A stretch of DNA of 64,000 bases from Oceanispirochaeta sp. (lineage in GTDB: Bacteria; Spirochaetota; Spirochaetia; DSM-2461). Shown here piece by piece: positions 48,397 through 57,293 of the stretch. Every line of letters begins with the position of its first letter. Position 1 is the first letter of the stretch. Below the pieces are notes generated by a model that made no database searches, was not told where the DNA came from, and was given only the letters and a program-made list of their open reading frames with translations. Location of the stretch: positions 1,280,001 to 1,344,000 of the forward strand of contig CAXXXD010000003.1 in NCBI GenBank assembly GCA_963663385.2, given 5' to 3'. Made by a program: the position numbers and the translations under genes.

Positions 48397-50510
48397 TATT
48401 TTCTTCCTCCCTCGGTCATTAACTGAGCTTTTTTCTCTTCCAGAGTTTTTATTTTGTTCTGTATTTTTTTTCTTTCTTCCTCCCGGCAGAGGGGACAGGA
48501 AAAGTGTTCGCCACTCAGATAGCCGTGAACCTTACAGATTGAAAATGTAGGCGAAATGGTAAAGTAGGGCAACTTATAATTATGGGCTATTGTTTTTACG
48601 AGTTCCATACAGGCTCTCCAGTCCTTAATAGCTTCACCCAGGAAACCATGAAAAACAGTTCCTCCCGTATAGAGCGTCTGCAGATTATCCTGCAAATCCA
48701 GAGCTTCGAAGATGTCCCGTGTATAATCAACAGGAAGCTGTGATGAGTTTGTATAGTAGGGATTATCATCGGTTCCCGAAGTAATAATATCCGGATAGTG
48801 CTTCTTGTCATGCCTGGCCAGTCTGTAGCTTGTACTTTCAGCAGGTGTGGCTTCCAGGTTAAAGAGGTCTCCCGTCTGCTCCTGATAATCAGCCAGACGA
48901 TCGCGCATGTGATTGAGGATCTCCGCTGAAAAAGCCATGGCTTCGGGATCGGTTATATCCTTACCCAGAAAATTCACCATACTCTCATTCATTCCATTAA
49001 GCCCGATGGTACTGAAATGGTTGTTCAGATGCTTCAGGTAACGACGGGTATAGGGAAACAGTCCCGCATCAAGAAGCTTATTAATAACCTTCCTTTTTAC
49101 AACCAGAGACTCTTTGGCAAGATCCATTAATTGATTCAGTCTTTCATAGTATTCTGATTTGGAACGGGCCAGATAGCCGATACGGGCCAGGTTTATGGTA
49201 ACAACACCGAGTGACCCGGTGAACTCATCCGAACCGAATAGACCACCGCCTCTTTTCCGCAGTTCCCGCTTATCAAGCTGCAGCCGGCAGCACATGGAGC
49301 GTACATCTTCGGGATTCAGGTCGGAATTGATAAAATTCTGGAAGTAGGGTGTTCCGTATCGGGCAGTCATTTCGAACAGGAGTCTGGCGTTTTCCGATTC
49401 CCATTCAAATTCCCTGGTTACATTGTATGTCGGAATAGGGTAGGCGAATCCGCGGCCATCCGCATCTCCCTGAATCATCAGCTCAATAAAAGCTTTGTTG
49501 ATCAGATCCATTTCCTTCCGGCATTCACCATAGGTAAAATCCTGTTCCCTGCCGCCGACAATAGCTTTTCTTTCAACAAGATCATGCGGTACATTCCAAT
49601 CGAGAGTAATATTGGTAAAAGGAGCCTGACTTCCCCAGCGGGAAGGTGTATTCACTCCGAAAATAAAACTCTGAATACACTGTTTAACAGCTTTGTAATT
49701 GAGCTTATCCACTTTAACAAAGGGAGCAAGATAGGTATCAAAACTGGAAAGCGCCTGTGCGCCGGCCCATTCGTTCTGCATTATTCCCAGAAAGTTTACA
49801 ATCTGAAATATAAGGGTGGAAAGGTGACTGGCCGGTTTTGATTTGATTTTCTCCGGAACACCGCCTAAACCTTCTTCAATCAGCTGCCGGATTGACCAGC
49901 CGGCACAATAACCGCTGAACATGGAAAGGTCATGAATATGCATGGCTCCGGTTCTGTGAGCCTCGGCAACACTTTTTGAATAAATATTCTTAAGCCAGTA
50001 ATTGGCTGTGATTGTTCCTGAATTATGAAGGATAAGACCTCCGAGAGAGAAATTAACATTGGCATTTTCATTTACCCGCCAGTCGGACTGAGAAAGATAC
50101 CCATCCATTGTTTCGTCAATGTCCAGCATCAGTTTTCTGGTATCACGAATTGCTTCATGTTTAGCTCTGTACAGTATGTAGGCTCTGGCGATTTCCACTT
50201 CATTATTTTCAATCAGAACAGTTTCAATCAGGTCCTGAATTTCCTCTACAGCCGGAGCCGAATTCGGGTGTCTGTCCGACATAAAAACAATAAGTTTTGC
50301 TTCTGTGCTTTTTGTCAGCGATTCCGTCAATTCGGGATCGCTTCCACGGGCTGCGGTAACAGCTTTTGCAATTGCGTCCTTTATCCGTGCCCTGTTGTAG
50401 GAAACAACACTGCCGTTTCTCTTCACAACACGGCGTATTATTGCTTCTGTAGGCGTCGGAACGTTATCCTCTATACCGAGGAACGAACGCCATTCATTCT
50501 GAGTGTCCAT
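48396..50510 (-). CDS. nrdD: Class III ribonucleotide reductase large subunit lacking the Gly-radical loop
   Basis: ATP-cone (VVKRNG), DWRVNENAN, HIHDL, GYCAGW, SMCCRL, TGSLGVVT, EATPAES, YTGGTVFH, CKVHG...CPLC, then stop. Confidence 0.92.
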   Translation of the reverse strand: MDTQNEWRSFLGIEDNVPTPTEAIIRRVVKRNGSVVSYNRARIKDAIAKAVTAARGSDPELTESLTKSTEAKLIVFMSDRHPNSAPAVEEIQDLIETVLIENNEVEIARAYILYRAKHEAIRDTRKLMLDIDETMDGYLSQSDWRVNENANVNFSLGGLILHNSGTITANYWLKNIYSKSVAEAHRTGAMHIHDLSMFSGYCAGWSIRQLIEEGLGGVPEKIKSKPASHLSTLIFQIVNFLGIMQNEWAGAQALSSFDTYLAPFVKVDKLNYKAVKQCIQSFIFGVNTPSRWGSQAPFTNITLDWNVPHDLVERKAIVGGREQDFTYGECRKEMDLINKAFIELMIQGDADGRGFAYPIPTYNVTREFEWESENARLLFEMTARYGTPYFQNFINSDLNPEDVRSMCCRLQLDKRELRKRGGGLFGSDEFTGSLGVVTINLARIGYLARSKSEYYERLNQLMDLAKESLVVKRKVINKLLDAGLFPYTRRYLKHLNNHFSTIGLNGMNESMVNFLGKDITDPEAMAFSAEILNHMRDRLADYQEQTGDLFNLEATPAESTSYRLARHDKKHYPDIITSGTDDNPYYTNSSQLPVDYTRDIFEALDLQDNLQTLYTGGTVFHGFLGEAIKDWRACMELVKTIAHNYKLPYFTISPTFSICKVHGYLSGEHFSCPLCREEERKKIQNKIKTLEEKKAQLMTEGGRK

Positions 50511-50533
50511 TTACTCACCCCTCCCCAATGGGT

Positions 50534-51010
50534 TTACTTTTTATGATTTAGAGATTCATTATTAAGAGTTTCAATTACTTTTACAAATTCTTCCACGTTT
50601 TCAAAATGCCTGTATACAGATGCAAATCGAACATAGGCAACTTTATCCAGATCGAATAACTGGGTCATAATCATTTCACCCAGTTCCTCAGAGGAGATTT
50701 CATGAGATGACTTTCCTCTGAGATTAGCTTCATCCTCAATATCATGAAGGATACTGTCCAGCATAATCTGAGAAATCGGCCTCTTTTCTACGGCTCTCTG
50801 CAATCCCCTTTCCAGCTTTTTCAAATCGAAAGGCTGACGGGTATTGTCTTTTTTGACAACCATCAGAGGAATTTCTTCTACTTTCTCATAGGACGTAAAT
50901 CTATAGCCGCAGGAAGCGCATTCCCGTCTTCTGCGTATGGAAGTACCGCTTATATTCTGCCTAGACTCTATTACTTTATCATCTAAATTGCCGCAAAGGG
51001 GGCACTTCAT
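50534..51010 (-). CDS. nrdR: Transcriptional repressor NrdR
   Basis: MKCPLCG, RRRRECASCGYRFTSYE, ATP-cone, VAYVRFASVY; start ATG 51010 after GGAG. Confidence 0.95.
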   Translation of the reverse strand: MKCPLCGNLDDKVIESRQNISGTSIRRRRECASCGYRFTSYEKVEEIPLMVVKKDNTRQPFDLKKLERGLQRAVEKRPISQIMLDSILHDIEDEANLRGKSSHEISSEELGEMIMTQLFDLDKVAYVRFASVYRHFENVEEFVKVIETLNNESLNHKK

Positions 51011-51022
51011 TTCCATCTCCAT

Positions 51023-51093
51023 ACCCCACATATGGGGCCCTATATAATGTGCTTCAAAGTTGTTTTTTTAATATAACACACCACATATGGAAA
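51023..51093. promoter_or_regulatory. Two NrdR-box-like operators
   Basis: ACCCCACATATGGGGC (51023-51038) and ACACCACATATGGAAA (51078-51093) share CCACATATGG and fit the CxAxATxTxG core of the NrdR box. Confidence 0.65.
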
Positions 51094-51197
51094 AACAATG
51101 TACATAGCAAGGTTTTTTGAAAAAATATATTAAACATTGATTATTTATTTGTCCTGTGTATACTTAGGAGATTGATAAAATAAATACGGGGGTAGAA

Positions 51198-52847
51198 ATG
51201 CCGTTATATCTAAAAAACAATACAATTAATGAGTTTCATAAAAAAACGGTCGAATCTTTTCAAAATCGCCCATTTCTGTACTTTGTAGATGAAGATCCCA
51301 TTTCCTACAGTGAATATGAACAGAGAGTCGAACTGCTTAGAAAATTCCTGATTCAGTCAGGACTGAAAAAGGGGGATCGTGTTTCAATACTCGGTCCTGC
51401 TTCACCCAACTGGGCCATTTCATTTATGGCTGTAATGACAGCCGGAATGGTCAGTGTTCCCATAATGGAGGATTTTCCCATAGCAGATATTGAGCATATA
51501 ATTTCCGATTCAGGTTCAAGAGCCTGTATGATTGACCCCGGTATAATGAAACGGTATAACATGGAAACTCTTGCCGATCTAAGCCTCTTCTCTTTGAAGG
51601 ATTTTTCAAAACTGCAGGATCTTGATATGCCCTATAATAAGGAAGATGCATCCATTTTTCTTAAAGATCCTTCCGAATCTGACTGCGAACCGGATGAACA
51701 CTTCTGTTACACAACCAGCCCGGAGGATATAGCGGAACTCCTTTATACATCAGGTACAACAGGTCATTCAAAGGCGGTTCTCCTTACTCACAACAACCTT
51801 GTTACCAACTTGTACGAAGGAACAGATCTGATTGATGCCTGTTTTGATGAAAATACAATACTTCTGTCCCTTCTGCCCATGGCCCATTCCTATGGTTCAA
51901 CATCAGCCTTTCTTTCTATCATGTATAAAGGGCCCCGCATCTGTTTTCTTAAAAGAAAACCAACTCCCGAATACCTTCAGAAAGTACTTGGATCAGTCAA
52001 ACCTACGGTTCTGGGAGGAGTTCCGCTCATTTTTGAAAAGATTTACCAGAAAAAGATCCTGCCCATCATCAACGGAAACAGATTCCTGAAAAAATCAATG
52101 ATTTTCCCCCCTTTCAGAAAACTCTTTCATTATATTGCAGGCCGCTCTATCCTGCAGTTTTTCGGAGGAAAGATAAAATGTATTATTATTGGCGGAGCCA
52201 CTTTCAGTAAAAGTGTTGAAACATTTATGAAAGAAGGGAAGATTCCCTATGTTCTTGGTTACGGCCTAACCGAAACATCACCGCTTCTGACATTTTCTTC
52301 CCTGAAAAACGCCCGTTTCGGTTCTGTTGGACATGCCGTACGAAATACAGGGATTCGGATTGTAAATAAGGACAGTGACAATATCGGAGAAATTGAAGTG
52401 ACCGGACCACAGATTATGAAAGGGTATTACAAGAAACCGGAAGAAACAGCAGCTGTATTTTCTGAAGACGGCTGGTTTCAGACAGGAGACAGAGGTTTTC
52501 TGGATAAGGACGGGTACCTTTATATCAAGGGTCGCAGCAAAAATGTGATTGTCGGGAATTCGGGGGAAAATATCTACCCGGAAGTTATTGAAACCCTCCT
52601 GAACTCCTATCCCGCTATTGAAGAATCTTTGGTTTTTATGAAAGATGAAACCCTTCAGGCTCTGGTATATCCCGGGAATTACGAGAGTGATAAAAATATA
52701 ACTGCCGAACTGGAAGAGATCCGCCGGGATATCAATAAGCGTCTGCCCTCCGCATCAAGGCTTAACATCCTGCAACTTCAGGAGAAAGAGTTTATAAAAA
52801 CACCTACAAAAAAAATAAAACGGGCTTTTTATATTGATAATTATTGA
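51198..52847 (+). CDS. Long-chain acyl-CoA synthetase (AMP-binding family)
   Basis: LYTSGTTGHSK, GYGLTETSP, GWFQTGD, GRSKNVIV, GENIYPE. Confidence 0.88.
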   Translation: MPLYLKNNTINEFHKKTVESFQNRPFLYFVDEDPISYSEYEQRVELLRKFLIQSGLKKGDRVSILGPASPNWAISFMAVMTAGMVSVPIMEDFPIADIEHIISDSGSRACMIDPGIMKRYNMETLADLSLFSLKDFSKLQDLDMPYNKEDASIFLKDPSESDCEPDEHFCYTTSPEDIAELLYTSGTTGHSKAVLLTHNNLVTNLYEGTDLIDACFDENTILLSLLPMAHSYGSTSAFLSIMYKGPRICFLKRKPTPEYLQKVLGSVKPTVLGGVPLIFEKIYQKKILPIINGNRFLKKSMIFPPFRKLFHYIAGRSILQFFGGKIKCIIIGGATFSKSVETFMKEGKIPYVLGYGLTETSPLLTFSSLKNARFGSVGHAVRNTGIRIVNKDSDNIGEIEVTGPQIMKGYYKKPEETAAVFSEDGWFQTGDRGFLDKDGYLYIKGRSKNVIVGNSGENIYPEVIETLLNSYPAIEESLVFMKDETLQALVYPGNYESDKNITAELEEIRRDINKRLPSASRLNILQLQEKEFIKTPTKKIKRAFYIDNY

Positions 52848-55051
52848 GGATCGACTATTGATTGATAAGTGACCTCCTTGCGCAATATCATGGATGATTT
52901 AATTTCAACCGGTTCCTTTTCAAGCTTAAGAGTATAGGGTGATTCCCCGTATTGGAGGATTACAGAAAAATCCGGCTTTGAATCTTTCGCAAATATCATG
53001 GCTATGGAGAGAGGATTTGGCGGATTAATCCCTATAAAAATATTGGCTGTTTTTTCCCCGGGAAGGATTTCGTATGGGAACTCGCAGTCATAGAACACTA
53101 TCGGTTCTTTCGAGGTTACCTGAACCTGAATCGATTCGGGAGGAAGAACAGCCGAAATATCAAGTCTGATTGCTCTCCTGTCCAGGAAAACATCACTGCT
53201 GCTGGTAATCTTCAATAGATCATTTTCAATTTCTCCCCGTATTTTTAACTCTTTATCCACATCTTCCAGATTCAGAATATTGGCAGAGAGAATCAACTGA
53301 CCATCCCCGATACGGCCGTTACTGTAGATGCTTATCTCCCTTACTCCGTTATCAAGATTCTGTATATCCTGCATCACGATCCCCTGGGGTAATTCTTCTG
53401 TATAAGGCTGTAAAATCATAATCCTGTAGATCAGGTATATTGTTACAAGGATCCATAAGATCGTACTGACAGCAGCTCGAACTTCATGACGGCTTTTTTC
53501 ATAGTGATGATGATAAAAACTCAGGCTGGTTATCATTGAAGTAAAAGGCAGGGAAAACACTGTCAGAATCAGATTCCCCCTCACTCTGGACAGTAACAGA
53601 AAATTGTACAAATCAGGATAGGGTTTCTTGAAAATAAAAAAAAGGAAAAAACCTACCGGCAGCAGGGAACAATAGAGAAAAATATTTTTCCGGGTTTTGC
53701 CCCGGGCCATTACAAATAAAATGGTAAAAACAAGAATCCATAAAAAAAACAGGCTCAGGCTTATATTGAGGAAAGTCCCCAGAAGGACATTGATCAGAGC
53801 AAAGAAAAAAGCCATATATGAATAAAAATGCGGACTTTTAGGAAAGGGTAATCCCCTCATCATGCTCAGCACAAACCTTGTAAGCATAAGAATGACTGAC
53901 ATCTTTAACAGAAAAAAGAGAAGCGGGTAGTAAACAACAAGCTCTGTCAGATTCCTGAAAACAAGGATTTCCTCAATTAACAGAGTAGAAAGAAGAAAAA
54001 ACTGAAAAGTCAAATATACCAGAACCGGAACAGTCCATATCTGATGACGGAATTTCCGGAAATTCAGATAAACACGCCTTTCCTGAAAGAGAGGTATAAC
54101 AATCGAGAAAGCAAAAAACATCAGAAAAACGGAAATTATTTTCTTTTCACTAATAAATCTGTAGTCAGAATCCGGGAAGTGGATAAATATGTAATTTTTT
54201 TCCCATTCATCCGGAATTCCCTCTGAAAGGGATTCCAGAAAAAGATTAATAAAAACCAGATGGTTTTTTATCAGAGAACGTTCATCACCGTATTCAACTT
54301 TTTCTCCATATCCGGAAAGGGATACTGCCGGAATATCTTCAGACAGGAAATAGGATACAGGATGATATAATCCAGTGCTGATGCGGGTTTTATCGAGCAA
54401 TATAGCAGGGATATCCAGAAATTGCGGAATCCCGGATTTCTCAGCAGCCTTTAGAATCCTTTCCATATACCAGCCGGGAGCCGAATAGCCTGCAATACAC
54501 CCGTTTACTTCAACCTTTCTGATCAGGGAATCAATAGAATAGTACAGAACGATAGAGGGACTGTCAAAGGAGAAGTCTTCAAGAAAGTTCATGGAACCCA
54601 GAGGATGATCCGGTCGGCTGTCAGCTCCTGTAAAAAGCAGGGTAACCGATAGAGGCGGAGATTCGGCCGCCCAGTATCTGATCAGTCCGAGAGCAAGTGA
54701 AATGTTCCAGGTAGATTCAGAGGAAGTAGAATTTAGAGGGACAACAAGAATAAACCGGTCCCGGATCTGTCCCGGGATATGCACAATAAGATTGGATGAA
54801 AATGAATGGTCAGTATCCAGTTTATCCAGAGATGAAAAAGAATAATCCAGATTCAGGGACTGAACCTGTTCGGTTATATATTCCAGTAGTTTTTTTTCAT
54901 TGGAAGAACCTTCGCTAAATGGGTAGAAAGATTTGAAATGTATCTGCGAATCCATTACATATCGGATAGTATCCGGAGAAGGGTTCTGCGCCGAAAAAAC
55001 AGATAAAGGCAGAAGAAATAATAAGATAAGGAGTATTTGGCCCTTCTTCAT
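52841..55051 (-). CDS. Multi-TM membrane protein with an N-terminal M28 peptidase-like (probably degenerate) domain
   Basis: Signal peptide, NLIVHIPG..RFILVV and LLFTGAD..GS alpha/beta pattern, about 8 TM helices; start likely MKKGQ at 55051. Confidence 0.55.
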   Translation of the reverse strand: MKKGQILLILLFLLPLSVFSAQNPSPDTIRYVMDSQIHFKSFYPFSEGSSNEKKLLEYITEQVQSLNLDYSFSSLDKLDTDHSFSSNLIVHIPGQIRDRFILVVPLNSTSSESTWNISLALGLIRYWAAESPPLSVTLLFTGADSRPDHPLGSMNFLEDFSFDSPSIVLYYSIDSLIRKVEVNGCIAGYSAPGWYMERILKAAEKSGIPQFLDIPAILLDKTRISTGLYHPVSYFLSEDIPAVSLSGYGEKVEYGDERSLIKNHLVFINLFLESLSEGIPDEWEKNYIFIHFPDSDYRFISEKKIISVFLMFFAFSIVIPLFQERRVYLNFRKFRHQIWTVPVLVYLTFQFFLLSTLLIEEILVFRNLTELVVYYPLLFFLLKMSVILMLTRFVLSMMRGLPFPKSPHFYSYMAFFFALINVLLGTFLNISLSLFFLWILVFTILFVMARGKTRKNIFLYCSLLPVGFFLFFIFKKPYPDLYNFLLLSRVRGNLILTVFSLPFTSMITSLSFYHHHYEKSRHEVRAAVSTILWILVTIYLIYRIMILQPYTEELPQGIVMQDIQNLDNGVREISIYSNGRIGDGQLILSANILNLEDVDKELKIRGEIENDLLKITSSSDVFLDRRAIRLDISAVLPPESIQVQVTSKEPIVFYDCEFPYEILPGEKTANIFIGINPPNPLSIAMIFAKDSKPDFSVILQYGESPYTLKLEKEPVEIKSSMILRKEVTYQSIVDPQ

Positions 55052-55128
55052 ATGCCAAGAATAGGAAAAACTAATCCATTGGGTCAATACAGTTTATTAT
55101 AAAAAGGTTTTTATGATAGTATATTGCA

Positions 55129-55638
55129 ATGGAATTGTTATCAGAGATTCATAATAGATCAACAGCTAAAGAATTTTCAGAAGGTGCTGTAGACGAGGCA
55201 TCTGTCCATCGCATCCTCAAAGCGGGAAGGATGTCCCCCTCTGCCAAGAACAGACAGGCCTGGCGCTTCCTTGTTATACAAGACAGGGAAATGCGGAAAA
55301 AAATGATGGAAGCCTCCTATGGAGATGAAAGATTCCTTCAGGCTCCACTGGCAATAGCGGCTTGCACCACGAATATAGGCTACAGAATGCCCAACGGGGA
55401 ACTCTCTTATCCTGTTGATATTAGTTTTGCCGTTTCTTTTATGATGCTTCAGGCAGAACATGAAAATCTTGGTTCAGCTATTATAACAACGTTCCAGCAG
55501 GATAAAATTAAAAATCTATTAACAATTCCCTATTCTATGAAAGTATTGATGATTCTTCTTATAGGACAGAAGGGCGAGATTTCCGAACAAAAAGTCAGAC
55601 TTCCTGAAAATAGAGTTGTAGCATACGATCATTGGTAG
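55129..55638 (+). CDS. Nitroreductase family protein
   Basis: R.TAKEF, SPSAKNRQAWRF, LQAEHENLGS. Confidence 0.85.
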   Translation: MELLSEIHNRSTAKEFSEGAVDEASVHRILKAGRMSPSAKNRQAWRFLVIQDREMRKKMMEASYGDERFLQAPLAIAACTTNIGYRMPNGELSYPVDISFAVSFMMLQAEHENLGSAIITTFQQDKIKNLLTIPYSMKVLMILLIGQKGEISEQKVRLPENRVVAYDHW

Positions 55639-55708
55639 TATAATTTAGTTTTACATTATTTCCGACATTCCATAATGCCGGAAAAGAAAAATAAGTAGGA
55701 GAATATTC

Positions 55709-56794
55709 ATGAATCATGCATTAAACTTTTACGCAGGACCTTCTGTTCTGCCTCTGGAAGTACTGGAGAGTCTCCAGTCAGAAATGGTCGACTATAAAGG
55801 AACCGGCCTTTCACTGGTAGAAACCAGTCACCGTTCCCCCGAATATGATGAAGTTCATATGGGAGCAATTAATCTGATGAGGGAACTCTTTTCTGTTCCT
55901 GATAATTACAAGATACTTTTCCTCGGCGGCGGGGCAACCATGCAGTTCTCCATGATCCCTCTGAATTTCCTGTCCGGTGGAAAAAGCTGTGATTTTACGC
56001 TTACAGGAGCCTGGTCAAAAAAAGCTTATGAGGATGCCTGTAAAATCGGAAATGTCAACATAGCTTTTGACGGAAAGGATGACCGCTACTGTTCTCTGCC
56101 CGATGTAAAAAACCTGAAAGCTTCTGAAGGTTCATCCTATTTCCATATGACCTCCAATGAAACAATCGGTGGAATCCAGTGGAAAGACTTCCCCGATACG
56201 GGAGATGTACCCATTATCTGTGATATGTCCAGCGATATCCTGAGCCGGCCTGTTCCTTTTGAAAAATTCGGAATGATCTATGCGGGTGCTCAGAAAAACC
56301 TGGGGCCAAGCGGATTGGCGGTTGTTATTATCAGAGATGATATGCTTAACCGCTGTCCTGACAATATCACAGCCTACCTGGATTACAGGATTCATGCCGA
56401 CAAGGACTCCCTTTACAATACACCCCCGGTCTTCCCCATCTATGCCATGAGCAAAGTGCTGCAAAAGGTTAAGGCTGACGGCGGACTTGAAGGTGTCATG
56501 AAACGGAACAGTGAAAAGGCTGGAATGCTCTACGATGTGATCGACAGCAGTAACGGTTTTTATAAGAATCCGGTAGAAAGCTCCGTTCGTTCCGAAATGA
56601 ATGTTGTATTTACCATGGCAAACGAAGACCTGGAAAAGAGATTCATTGCCGAAGCAAAAGCTAAGAGGATGATGGGCCTCAAGGGCCACAAGAGTGTAGG
56701 CGGATGCCGCGCTTCCATCTATAATTCGCTAGCTGTAGAACATGTCGCCGCTCTGGCCGATTTCATGAAAGAGTTCCAGAAGAAAAACAGCTGA
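55709..56794 (+). CDS. serC: Phosphoserine aminotransferase
   Basis: NFYAGPS, SHRS, GGAT.QF, NETIGG, DMSS, YAGAQKNLGPSG, YNTPP, GHKSVGGCRASIYN. Confidence 0.95.
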   Translation: MNHALNFYAGPSVLPLEVLESLQSEMVDYKGTGLSLVETSHRSPEYDEVHMGAINLMRELFSVPDNYKILFLGGGATMQFSMIPLNFLSGGKSCDFTLTGAWSKKAYEDACKIGNVNIAFDGKDDRYCSLPDVKNLKASEGSSYFHMTSNETIGGIQWKDFPDTGDVPIICDMSSDILSRPVPFEKFGMIYAGAQKNLGPSGLAVVIIRDDMLNRCPDNITAYLDYRIHADKDSLYNTPPVFPIYAMSKVLQKVKADGGLEGVMKRNSEKAGMLYDVIDSSNGFYKNPVESSVRSEMNVVFTMANEDLEKRFIAEAKAKRMMGLKGHKSVGGCRASIYNSLAVEHVAALADFMKEFQKKNS

Positions 56795-56826
56795 AAATAC
56801 AACTGAGGCAATCCAAGGAATAGACA

Positions 56827-57267
56827 ATGGTAATTGATGATCTAAATAAAGGTATACTGAAAGAGTTGAAAGACGGGCGAAAGTCCTACAAACTGATTGC
56901 GGAGGAGCTGGATGTAACGGAAAATACTGTACGCTCCAGGGTCCGAAAAATGCAGGAAGACGGGATTCTCGATATTTCAGGCTATGTCGATGTAGATCAG
57001 TTTGATGGTCTTCAGATTATCATGATCGGTATCCGTACCAGTTCGATGGACTATATTGCCAAAGGTGAAGAGATCAGCAAATTGAAAGGGGTCATTTCCG
57101 TCTCTGTTGTAACAGGACGGTTTGACCTTATTGTTACGGTACAACTGAATGAGGAACTTCAAATGCTGGATTTCCTGAAAAATGAACTGGCCAAAGTTGA
57201 AAGCATTGAAGCCATTGAAACGTATTTGGTGTATAAGGGATTCAACCTGAAAACCCCATATCTTTAA
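56827..57267 (+). CDS. Lrp/AsnC-family transcriptional regulator
   Basis: DGRKSY..IAEEL.VTE.TVRSRV, VTGRFDL. Confidence 0.9.
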   Translation: MVIDDLNKGILKELKDGRKSYKLIAEELDVTENTVRSRVRKMQEDGILDISGYVDVDQFDGLQIIMIGIRTSSMDYIAKGEEISKLKGVISVSVVTGRFDLIVTVQLNEELQMLDFLKNELAKVESIEAIETYLVYKGFNLKTPYL

Positions 57268-57293
57268 AAAGACCCAAAAAAGAGGAATACAAA

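Noticed and set aside
48390..48410. Programmed frameshift or sequencing error joining nrdD to the downstream ORF
   Set aside because: No strong slippery heptamer; a GGAGG RBS, TAATG coupling and extra helices on both sides favour two real genes, though only reads or proteomics can exclude it.
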